A stretch of DNA of 64,000 nt. Origin: a virus. The notes below the pieces were generated by a model. That model was not told where the DNA came from, ran no database searches, and saw only the letters and a program-made list of their open reading frames with translations. Both the position numbers and the translations under genes were made by a program. Each line of letters opens with the position of its first letter. The stretch's first letter is position 1. Positions 56,221 to 64,000 of this stretch are shown piece after piece. Location: IMG/VR virus record IMGVR_UViG_3300030061_003170. One strand, given 5' to 3'.

Positions 56221-57198
56221 TTACAAATTATTCTCTTTTTTGATCTTTTCTAGATCTGCAAAATACATTGCCTCCGCTAGTCCTCGCAGTTCGTATTTAG
56301 GTTCCCAGCCCAACTCAAGTTTTGCTTTTGAAGGATCTCCTAGCAGTAATGGAACCTCATGTGGCCTAAATAACTTTGGATCTATTTCAACGTAGTCTTC
56401 AACTGATAAGTCGGCTATTTCAAAGACTTGATGCAGAAACTGTTTTACTGTATATGTTTTTCCCGTTGCCACAACATAATCACCTGGTGTATCTTTCTGT
56501 AGCATTAGCCACATTGCATTTACGTAATCTTCAGCATGACCCCAATCTCTTTTTGCATCTAGGTTTCCTAGGTATAACTTGTCTTGTAATCCTAGTTTTA
56601 TTCTTGCTGCTGCAATTGTTATCTTTCTGGTTACAAATGTTTCTCCTCTTCTAGGAGATTCATGGTTAAACAATATCCCACAAGAAATAAACATACCATA
56701 ACTTTTTCTGTAGTTATTACACAAATTGTGCGCAAATACTTTTGCACAAGCATATGGGCTGGCTGGCATTAGAGCAGTCTTTTCACTCTGTGGGTGTTCT
56801 GGGTTGTCACCAAACATTTCAGAAGATGATGCTTGATAAAATTTTATCGTTGGGTCAGTGTGCCTAATTGCCTCTAATATCCTCAAAGTTCCCATTGCAA
56901 TCGTAGCAACAGTTTCCTCTGGGGTCTCAAAGGAGACTTTCACGTGCGACTGGGCTGCTAGATTATAAAACTCATCAGGCTTATATTGCTGCAGTAATGA
57001 ATAGAGCACCCCGGAGTCATGAAGACTATAATATCTTAATATAAAATTCGGATTACTCATCAGATGATCAATTCTATCAGTACATATCAAAGAAGTTCTT
57101 CTCTTAAGGCCTACAACTCGATACCCCATTCCCAATAACATTTCGGACAAATAAGATCCATCCTGACCAGTAACTCCCGTTATAATTGCTGTCTTCAT
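56221..57198 (-). CDS. gmd: GDP-mannose 4,6-dehydratase
   Basis: ITGVTGQDGSYL, NLAAQSHVKVSF, FYQASSSEMFG, ILFNHESPRRGETFVTRKI, LGNLDAKRDWGHA. Confidence 0.96.
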   Translation of the reverse strand: MKTAIITGVTGQDGSYLSEMLLGMGYRVVGLKRRTSLICTDRIDHLMSNPNFILRYYSLHDSGVLYSLLQQYKPDEFYNLAAQSHVKVSFETPEETVATIAMGTLRILEAIRHTDPTIKFYQASSSEMFGDNPEHPQSEKTALMPASPYACAKVFAHNLCNNYRKSYGMFISCGILFNHESPRRGETFVTRKITIAAARIKLGLQDKLYLGNLDAKRDWGHAEDYVNAMWLMLQKDTPGDYVVATGKTYTVKQFLHQVFEIADLSVEDYVEIDPKLFRPHEVPLLLGDPSKAKLELGWEPKYELRGLAEAMYFADLEKIKKENNL

Positions 57199-58355
57199 AC
57201 ACTCTCCCTAACTATATCAACCACCAGGTTGACCTCTTCCTCTGATAACTTATCATGGTTGGGTATATACAGGCCATTTTTGTCAACAACACTAGAGTTC
57301 TTTAAATTATTTTTCCCATAATTCTTGACATAAAAGGGCTGATTTCCCATAGAACCACAAATCAATGGTCGAACCTCTACATTATTTTTAATTAAATTTT
57401 CAACTATCTGAGTTCTGTTTTCATGAATTATAGGATATGCAAAGTTTGAAATATAATTTGTATCCTCAGAAATTATTGGAGATATATCACTAAACTTCTC
57501 ATTGTATATTTTGAAATTCCTGTTCCTGATTTTTGAGATCTGGTCTAGTTTGTCAATTTGGCCCAGGCCAATATAGGCTTGTAAATCAGTAGATCTTAAA
57601 TTAAACCCAGAATAATAAAAAGTATATAAAGAATCAAATTCGCTAGTGTTCCACTCTGTCAGATGGCGTTCTCGAAACGATTTACTCGAGTCTCTCGTCC
57701 AGCCGTGGCTCCTAATTGCCTTTAGGACTTCATATAACTCTTCATCATCTGTGCTGACAAAACCGCCTTCAATCGTAGAAATATGATGACCAAAGTAAGT
57801 GGAAAAACTAGACATCAGGCCAAAGGTGCCTAATTTCTTATCTCTAAACTTAGAACCCATGCTCTCGCAAGTGTCTTCTAGAAGAATTACGTTATTTTCA
57901 TCACATATATCCTTCAAAGATTGCATGTCGGGGACCAAGCCTAAGACTGAAACCAGTAACAAGACATGGGGTTGATCTTCTCTAATTATTTGCTTTAAAT
58001 GATCTATATCAACAGACAAGTCTTTCATGTTACAATCACAAATAATCGGCTCAAAGCCAAGTTGTATAACTGGTGATAAATCTGTCGCCCAGGAAATCGC
58101 TGGTACTATGATTTTTGCATTCCTAGGTATTCTACCGGCCTCATACAGTGCCCACAACATCAGTAAATTTGCTGAAGATCCTGAGTTACAAAAAACAGTA
58201 TTGTTAACTCCTAACCAATTAGACCACTTATTTTCCAACTGAATTGTTACTGGGCCTTTTGTAAGTCTTGGCGGGACATCGGTTGATAGCCACGCCACTA
58301 ATCTCTCTATATCTTCTTTTGAGATTGTGTCGTCAACTAGTGTAATTTTTTTCAT
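57195..58355 (-). CDS. colD: PLP/PMP-dependent GDP-4-keto-6-deoxymannose 3-dehydratase (ColD/E1-like, DegT fold)
   Basis: NSGSSANLL, EDTCESMG; SFSTYFGHHISTIEGG has His where DegT aminotransferases have the Schiff-base Lys. Confidence 0.8.
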   Translation of the reverse strand: MKKITLVDDTISKEDIERLVAWLSTDVPPRLTKGPVTIQLENKWSNWLGVNNTVFCNSGSSANLLMLWALYEAGRIPRNAKIIVPAISWATDLSPVIQLGFEPIICDCNMKDLSVDIDHLKQIIREDQPHVLLLVSVLGLVPDMQSLKDICDENNVILLEDTCESMGSKFRDKKLGTFGLMSSFSTYFGHHISTIEGGFVSTDDEELYEVLKAIRSHGWTRDSSKSFRERHLTEWNTSEFDSLYTFYYSGFNLRSTDLQAYIGLGQIDKLDQISKIRNRNFKIYNEKFSDISPIISEDTNYISNFAYPIIHENRTQIVENLIKNNVEVRPLICGSMGNQPFYVKNYGKNNLKNSSVVDKNGLYIPNHDKLSEEEVNLVVDIVRESV

Positions 58356-58382
58356 TTAAACTCCAAAAAAAGACTTTTATAT

Positions 58383-58411
58383 ATTATAACCCGTTTTCAC
58401 AAGTTAGTCAA
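58383..58411 (-). promoter_or_regulatory. sigma70-type promoter upstream of the colD-like gene
   Basis: TTGACT-17 nt-TATAAT; SD GGAG before ATG 58355. Confidence 0.65.
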
Positions 58412-59315
58412 GTGTTTTTATGTATGAATTGTAAGTTTTTTTAACCCCCTCGCTAAAACTTGTGAATTCAAAGTCTCCAATGAGTTTTTTTAACTGATCA
58501 TTGCTGCCGTCTTTTCTAAACTGACCGTCTAGCATACCATTGAATCTAAAATCAACCTCTTTGTCTATATTTTTCTCTAATATTCTACACATTTCAGATA
58601 TTGATAAATTTTCATTTGGGGCTACAATAATAGGGATTCTAGTGTTATGTTTTTCTAGCAGCATAGGTATTATTCTGCACAAATCATCAACATACAACTG
58701 TTGCCTTAAAGGTCTCCCAGTTCCCCAGAAGGTCAATGTCTCTCCTGTTTTGCAGACTGCTACTTTATGGATCAAAGAGGCTACAAAATGCGAGGACATT
58801 GTTCCAAAATAATCACCAATACCGTATATGTTGGATGGACTAAAAGTTGAATAATTTAAGCCATATTGCTCTCTATATGAAATTGACTGAACATGTAACG
58901 CTCTTTTCGTATATCCATATGAAAAGTTTGTTTCGGCGGGTGGGCCTAAAAACAAATCAGACTCAGAAAAAGGGTAAGACATACCTTCGTCTGGGAAGGC
59001 ACAGGTGCTAAGTGATGATAAAACTCTTTTCACGCCACATAAATGAGCCGCATGTAAAAGATTGGTGTTTATAACGGTATTTTCATAAAAAAATTCTGCC
59101 TGGTTTTCTTTATTGTCTTTTATTCCACCAACTCTAGCAGCCAAATGCACTATTGCATTAGGCTTGGTCTGTTCTAAATAATTAATTGTGGAATCTATAC
59201 TTAGTAGATTACAATCTTTTGAAGAACAATAGTTCCAATCTGGTCTGAAATGTTTTAAACGTTTGCCAACAAAACCAGAACCTCCAGTTACTAGAACACT
59301 ATTATACTTGCTCAT
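58404..59315 (-). CDS. fcl: GDP-L-fucose/colitose synthase (Fcl/ColC-like epimerase-reductase)
   Basis: LVTGGSGFVG, HLAARVGGI, LSTCAFP, YGYTKR, WGTGRPLRQ. Confidence 0.88.
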   Translation of the reverse strand: MSKYNSVLVTGGSGFVGKRLKHFRPDWNYCSSKDCNLLSIDSTINYLEQTKPNAIVHLAARVGGIKDNKENQAEFFYENTVINTNLLHAAHLCGVKRVLSSLSTCAFPDEGMSYPFSESDLFLGPPAETNFSYGYTKRALHVQSISYREQYGLNYSTFSPSNIYGIGDYFGTMSSHFVASLIHKVAVCKTGETLTFWGTGRPLRQQLYVDDLCRIIPMLLEKHNTRIPIIVAPNENLSISEMCRILEKNIDKEVDFRFNGMLDGQFRKDGSNDQLKKLIGDFEFTSFSEGVKKTYNSYIKTLD

Positions 59316-59893
59316 TTCGCCCTCAAAGGAGAATCTACCATTCTAATTTTTTCGTCTCTAATTGAAGGGCATCGATTACCAGTTCTATGGATCAGATCGT
59401 AAAAAATCATCATAATTGAGACCTCAACAGTATGAAAATACTTACATTTTATTGATAGTTCGTCAATGTTGTCTTGTAAGTTTTCAGAAGTTTCACCGCT
59501 AATTAGAAATGTTCCCATGCCACGATTATCTGCCCAGTGTAGGGCATTAATAACATTGGAAGAATTACCAGAGCAAGATAGGCCTATAACCAAGCAGTCT
59601 TCTGGGTTTTCGATTGTCGCTATGCTTTCCAACCATCTAATGAAAAGTTGCTCAAATCCATGGTCATTTGCATTTGAGGTAATGAACCCCACACTATCAA
59701 ACGAGTACACGGATTTATCTGGTATTAGCCTAGACATATCAGTTGACATATGACATGCCACAAAATGAAGACCACCATTTCCAACCAAGTAAATCTTCTT
59801 GGCTCCATTTACTTTATCAATTAATTTTTGATACTCTTCTGAAGAAGAAGCCTGGTTACACTTTTCTTGTATATTTTCAAAATCTATCAACAT
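59312..59893 (-). CDS. SIS-domain sugar-phosphate isomerase (GmhA-like, divergent)
   Basis: Likely start ATG 59893 (SD GGAGG); IYLVGNGG, NANDHGFEQLF, GLSCSGNSSNVINA. Confidence 0.8.
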   Translation of the reverse strand: MLIDFENIQEKCNQASSSEEYQKLIDKVNGAKKIYLVGNGGLHFVACHMSTDMSRLIPDKSVYSFDSVGFITSNANDHGFEQLFIRWLESIATIENPEDCLVIGLSCSGNSSNVINALHWADNRGMGTFLISGETSENLQDNIDELSIKCKYFHTVEVSIMMIFYDLIHRTGNRCPSIRDEKIRMVDSPLRAK

Positions 59894-61065
59894 TATAAAC
59901 CTCCACATGTTTTGTTAATAATAGATATAAATTGTTCTATTTCATCGTAAGAAATTGCCAAATTTGGTCTCAACCTAACCGATTTTTCACCAGTCTTGTT
60001 GCAAATCAATCCATTTTGATACAATTTGCTTACCAATTCATCCCTTTCCTTTGTGTTTACTAAATCAAACGCCATAATTAGCCCGGACGATCTCAAGTTT
60101 AAAAGTCTCTTTGTCTTGTTTAAGTTATTGATTAAGTATTCACTCTTTTCAGCAACCTTTTCAATGATTTCATATTTTTTGTATGCCCTCATTATATATT
60201 TGCATCTTATCATGTCTACCGCATCACCGTCCCAAGTTACTTGTAACCTAGTGATGTTACTTTTGTCAAATATTTTATTACATTTATCGTTTACCATAAT
60301 GCCAGATAATTGTGTTTTTTTGCCAAAAATTACAATGTCAGGGACTATACCAGTGTGCTCATAAAACCAAAGTTTACCGGTGCTACCGAAACCTACTTGT
60401 ATTTCATCAAACACTAAAGGAACATCGTATTTATCACAAAGGCGCCTCAATCCTGTAAAGAAAATAATGTCTTGATGTATATCTCCTGCGCTACACTGTA
60501 TTGGTTCTACTAAAACACAAGTTACAAAATTTTTATGCAAATAAGACTCAATCTCTCTCAAATCACAATTTAGTTTTGTTGAAAAAGTTTCTGGGAGACC
60601 GTCTAATTTATTACTGGCAGGCCAGAAATGATCAGTCACAAAAGAACCAAAACTGTTTATCCCATGAAAACTATTTCTAAAAGATACTATGTTTGGCTTT
60701 TTATAGCCAGATCGATGTATGCAAGTCTTTATTGCGGCTTCAACTGCCAATGCACCCGTACAAGTATAGTGATAGTTATCGTAAATACCATTACCTGTAA
60801 ACTGTCTAAACTCTTTATCGAAACCTAAAGTTTCATTAGAAACAAACTCGCAATTATTTATCTTAAATGTAGAGGCTGCTAAAATCTCATCCCTGAATTC
60901 TTCAGAAAGAAAAATATCATGGTTATAACCTAGTGGAAGAGATGCATACATTCCAAAAAAATCTAAATATCTTCTCTCCGTATTATTGTCATAAAGATAA
61001 GACCCTTTTGATTTAGAGAAGTTAACGTTAATATTGAATTTACTGTTTCTGGCTAAACTTATCAT
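59893..61065 (-). CDS. Class III PLP aminotransferase (L-lysine 6-transaminase-like)
   Basis: YLDFFGMYASLPLGYNH, GALAVEAAIK, EPIQ, FDEIQVGFG, FGKKTQ. Confidence 0.88.
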   Translation of the reverse strand: MISLARNSKFNINVNFSKSKGSYLYDNNTERRYLDFFGMYASLPLGYNHDIFLSEEFRDEILAASTFKINNCEFVSNETLGFDKEFRQFTGNGIYDNYHYTCTGALAVEAAIKTCIHRSGYKKPNIVSFRNSFHGINSFGSFVTDHFWPASNKLDGLPETFSTKLNCDLREIESYLHKNFVTCVLVEPIQCSAGDIHQDIIFFTGLRRLCDKYDVPLVFDEIQVGFGSTGKLWFYEHTGIVPDIVIFGKKTQLSGIMVNDKCNKIFDKSNITRLQVTWDGDAVDMIRCKYIMRAYKKYEIIEKVAEKSEYLINNLNKTKRLLNLRSSGLIMAFDLVNTKERDELVSKLYQNGLICNKTGEKSVRLRPNLAISYDEIEQFISIINKTCGGL

Positions 61066-62117
61066 ACTCTATCCCCAATAAAATATTCTAATATTAGATT
61101 TTGCAATTCGCTCTTGTTTTGCACTTGATGAACGAATAGATCTCCAAAATCAGATGCCAATATACAAACAATTGTTTTTTCTATATTTTTCTTATCCTTC
61201 GACAAATACTCCATGTATTCATCAATCTCATCTTTTGTTATCAAAAACTCTGGTATATTTTTAAACAGGATTTGATTCATAAATTTATATCTCTCAAAAG
61301 ATAAAAAACCTAGTTTCCAAGAAACATAGTTGGCCAAATCCATCCCTAGAGTCACTGCTTGGCCATGAGGGATGCTGTAGTTGCTAAGAGTCTCAATTGC
61401 ATGACCAAAAGTGTGGCCATAATTAAAGACCCTCCTTAGGTTCGTATCAAACTCATCTATTTCAATTAATTTTTTCTTTATTGACAGACTTTCTCTAACA
61501 TACGGCATCAAAGAAGATCGGTCTGTGAAAAGACTTTCGTATTCTTCTTTGATTTTTAACGCCATAGAGTTGCCATCATAAATGTAGTAATGAAGCATCT
61601 CTCCAATGCCTGATTTAATCTCAGAGTCACTTAGTGTTTTCAGGAACTTTGTGCAGCAAATAATTTCTCTTGGTGGATAAAAAGTCCCGATAGAATTCTT
61701 GACATTTAAAAAGTTAATTGATGTCTTGCTTCCTATGCAACTGTCCGATTGAGATAACAATGTGGTGGGGTAAAAGACCCACTCTATACCTCTATACAAG
61801 ACAGATGAAATAAATCCTGTTATGTCCTGTATAATTCCTCCGCCAACGGCGATTAGTTTATGGTTTTTCTTCACACCCTTGTTAATTAAAAGACCAATTA
61901 AGTCTTGACAAAAAGGCAATGATTTATTGTCCTCTGTGGCTTCTATAATGATGACTTTTTCTGTCTTGAAGCCTGATGTGAGATGCGGGTACAACTCGTT
62001 AACAGTAGAATCAATTAGAACATAAGAGTCATCTGCCCATCGGTTTAAATTTACTTCTGAGTCGTAAAAATTAACTTCGTATTCTCTTCTATATGAGGAA
62101 ATTTTCATATTATACAT
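61062..62117 (-). CDS. AroB/DHQS-superfamily sugar-phosphate cyclase
   Basis: GGGIIQDITGF, PTTLLSQSDSCIGSKT, KNSIGTFYPP, NYGHTFGHAIE, HGQAV, DKK; atypical EMLHY. Confidence 0.88.
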   Translation of the reverse strand: MYNMKISSYRREYEVNFYDSEVNLNRWADDSYVLIDSTVNELYPHLTSGFKTEKVIIIEATEDNKSLPFCQDLIGLLINKGVKKNHKLIAVGGGIIQDITGFISSVLYRGIEWVFYPTTLLSQSDSCIGSKTSINFLNVKNSIGTFYPPREIICCTKFLKTLSDSEIKSGIGEMLHYYIYDGNSMALKIKEEYESLFTDRSSLMPYVRESLSIKKKLIEIDEFDTNLRRVFNYGHTFGHAIETLSNYSIPHGQAVTLGMDLANYVSWKLGFLSFERYKFMNQILFKNIPEFLITKDEIDEYMEYLSKDKKNIEKTIVCILASDFGDLFVHQVQNKSELQNLILEYFIGDRV

Positions 62118-62835
62118 TTGTAAATCCCCCGTCCACTACGATGTTTTGCCCAGAAATATAATTATTTTGATTACTAGCCATAAACATAACCACTTTTGAA
62201 ATATCACTTGGTGTTGCCATCCGGCCAATTGGTATGGTTTTTGCAATTTTAACCATCTCTGTTTCACCCAGAACTTCTCTTGTTAGATCAGTTAATGTAA
62301 AGCCAGGAGACACCGTGTTAACAAGGACATCATATTTTGCCAACTCTGCGGCTGCTGAAAGCGATAGGCCTACAAGGCCAAATTTACTAGAGGAATATGA
62401 TGCTCTATATTCCTTGCTTATTGTACCCCAAATAGATGAAATGTTTACTATTCTTCCATAGTTATGTCTCTTCATTGTATTTGAGATTGTTTTTATTATT
62501 CTGAATGGTGTTGTCAAATTTACTTTAATTATGGCATCCCAGTCTTCTTGTTGTACATCACCAATTGATGCAATCTTATTGATACCTGCATTGTTAATAC
62601 ACACATCAATCTTTTTATTTGAGAGGAAACTAATAAAGTTATCTACTGATTGTGAATCTAAAAAATCAACAGGGTATTTTTCAAAACCATCATTTAGTTG
62701 ATTTAAAGAAAGATCACTGGTGCCTGTTGCTATAATGTTTGCACCAGCGTGAAACATATCCTCGGCAATTTGCCTACCTATTCCTCTGGTGGCCCCTGTT
62801 ACCAAGACTGTCTGATTTTTAAAATCAATTTTCAT
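62110..62835 (-). CDS. SDR-family oxidoreductase
   Basis: TGATRGIG, NNAGI, YSSSK (YxxxK), VSPG, VVDGG. Confidence 0.9.
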   Translation of the reverse strand: MKIDFKNQTVLVTGATRGIGRQIAEDMFHAGANIIATGTSDLSLNQLNDGFEKYPVDFLDSQSVDNFISFLSNKKIDVCINNAGINKIASIGDVQQEDWDAIIKVNLTTPFRIIKTISNTMKRHNYGRIVNISSIWGTISKEYRASYSSSKFGLVGLSLSAAAELAKYDVLVNTVSPGFTLTDLTREVLGETEMVKIAKTIPIGRMATPSDISKVVMFMASNQNNYISGQNIVVDGGFTNV

Positions 62836-63968
62836 TATGAACTGTCTCCATCTGGGTAGACATGAGCAACATCTTCTCTACTAACTGCTAATCTAATCGC
62901 CGGCTTGTTACCTACCGCCTGAATTCTATGTGGGATACCTTTTCCAATAAAAACTATGTCATCTTTTTTAATTTTCTTAATAACACCGTCAATCTCCCAC
63001 TCCCACTCGCCATCAATAATATACCACCATTCATTCCAACTGGGGTGGTAGTGTCGTCGATTACCCTCACCGGGTTGTTGATGAATAATTGTTGCACTGT
63101 TGTTCTCGGTATTTACTACTCGGTGGCTCCAACTCTTGGAGTCATCATTCGCGGCCCGAATAGAATTGATGTTTACAATCTCTTTATTACATTCATGCAA
63201 GTTATTGTACATAACGCCGTCTTTTGCTAGGATAGAGGGGACATCAACCTCAGAATGTTCGGCTCCATAGAATTGTGGCTTGAACGAGTCGTTCTTAGAT
63301 AGATGTCTAGAAACAACTTCTGCCAGTTGGAAATCTTCTTCATTGTCTATATCAATGGTTGAATACCCCTTGAGTTCAAAAAAGCCTTTCTTGCCTAGCC
63401 CACCGTGGTAAGCGGCAGAGTACTCATTCATGTTGGAAACATAATTTTCAGATCTCCAGCCCATTAAAGAACAAGCGTAAGGATGAACTGGTGTTACTTC
63501 TTGCGAAGGAGGGCTTATCTTTGTGGGATCAAAATTAATCGGATCATTATTATAAACACATTCTATTTGCTGACTTGATACGGATATTAGTGTATCAAGT
63601 TTGTTGTCAACAATTTCATTAACAAAACACCTTATCTCCTCAGGGGTGATGAAAGGAGAAGTGGGTAAAATTTGAATTACTATGTCGCATGCTACGTTTT
63701 CTAAAAACTCAAGCATAAATTCATCATTGGTGGCTGCATCAGAAGCCATGTAGGGTGATCTCTTAAAAAATTTTACACCTGATATCTCAGCGATCTCTTT
63801 AAGAATTTCTGATTCTGAGTTTACATAAATGGCATCAAAACAACCAGAATCTTTGGCAGCATCTATAACATACTGTATCAAAGGCTTGTTGTTCAGTAAT
63901 CTTATGTTTTTCTTAGGCACTCTTTTACTACCTAATCTTGCGGGGATCATTGCTACAATATTATTCAT
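62835..63968 (-). CDS. Acylneuraminate-type cytidylyltransferase (NeuA/CMAS-like) fused to a C-terminal cupin
   Basis: IPARLGSKRVPKKNI, PTSPF, DIDNEEDF; cupin motifs HYHPSWNEWWYIIDG...GIPHRI. Confidence 0.85.
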   Translation of the reverse strand: MNNIVAMIPARLGSKRVPKKNIRLLNNKPLIQYVIDAAKDSGCFDAIYVNSESEILKEIAEISGVKFFKRSPYMASDAATNDEFMLEFLENVACDIVIQILPTSPFITPEEIRCFVNEIVDNKLDTLISVSSQQIECVYNNDPINFDPTKISPPSQEVTPVHPYACSLMGWRSENYVSNMNEYSAAYHGGLGKKGFFELKGYSTIDIDNEEDFQLAEVVSRHLSKNDSFKPQFYGAEHSEVDVPSILAKDGVMYNNLHECNKEIVNINSIRAANDDSKSWSHRVVNTENNSATIIHQQPGEGNRRHYHPSWNEWWYIIDGEWEWEIDGVIKKIKKDDIVFIGKGIPHRIQAVGNKPAIRLAVSREDVAHVYPDGDSS

Positions 63969-64000
63969 TTTTCTTCCAAGTTAAAGTTTTTAATCAAATA
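63965..64000 (-). CDS. 3' end of an upstream gene (partial)
   Basis: ...YLIKNFNLEEK* ends in TGA overlapping the ATG of the cytidylyltransferase, so the operon continues beyond the window. Confidence 0.5.
   Translation of the reverse strand, partial: YLIKNFNLEEK

Noticed and set aside
57195-58355. Perosamine synthase
   Set aside because: The catalytic Lys position appears to be His (GHHIST), typical of ColD/E1 dehydratases.
5574-59908. Longest-ORF starts in the track for 4957..5610, 5997..6683, 12779..13282, 13602..14000, 50703..51791, 53895..54302 and 59312..59908
   Set aside because: They run deep into upstream genes or a hairpin. Downstream ATGs with an SD or with ATGA/TAATG coupling are more plausible.
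61062-62835. Calling these genes housekeeping aroB and fabG (shikimate and fatty-acid auxiliary metabolism)
   Set aside because: Both sit in a sugar-modification operon with no other shikimate or FAS genes, and the cyclase has non-canonical residues, so only family-level names are given.
1057-63230. Numerous 60-170 aa plus-strand ORFs and nested alternative-frame minus ORFs in the ORF track
   Set aside because: They are shadows of long, motif-bearing minus-strand genes, with no recognisable motifs and antisense-typical composition.
1-64000. CRISPR array, DGR template/variable repeats, IS elements, integrase
   Set aside because: I saw no regularly spaced repeats, reverse transcriptase, transposase or recombinase motifs. 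An exhaustive self-alignment was not possible by eye.
1-64000. Active alternative genetic code
   Set aside because: Standard-code ORFs tile the window with intact full-length genes; nothing is fragmented by TAG or TGA.

Overview
This 64 kb window is part of a large T4-like (myovirus-type) tailed-phage genome. It is AT-rich, densely coding, uses the standard genetic code, and almost every gene is on the minus strand. In transcription order (right to left) it holds five modules. (1) A sugar/cyclitol island at about 54.7-64 kb that continues past the right edge: cytidylyltransferase-cupin fusion, SDR, AroB-like sugar-phosphate cyclase, LAT-like class III aminotransferase, divergent GmhA/SIS, a Gmd-ColD-Fcl/ColC (GDP-colitose-type) set, an epimerase and a sulfotransferase. 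(2) An FmdB-like zinc ribbon and a gp55-like late sigma factor. (3) A ~33 kb baseplate/tail block: lysozyme hub, HxH spike, gp25, gp6-like wedge and giant LamG proteins. (4) A sigma70-driven replication insert: RuvC-like resolvase, primase, tRNA-Leu(UAA), thioredoxin and a fused Mre11-Rad50 (gp47-gp46). (5) A putative lysis cassette and head module: TerL, portal, prohead protease, ribosomal protein bS21, three tandem paralogues and a fibre gene running off the left edge. Several features are missing from the ORF track: the >777 aa fibre ORF, a 19 aa RRCC peptide in front of a terminator, a lone plus-strand two-TM protein, a recurring CTATTTA late-promoter motif, and the absence of TAG stops. 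The strongest candidate for an undescribed system is a phage-encoded (amino)cyclitol plus deoxy/sulfo-sugar pathway. It may decorate virion proteins, several of which are rich in [ST]-[GAS]-S motifs. All assignments come from reading motifs by eye; no database searches were run.
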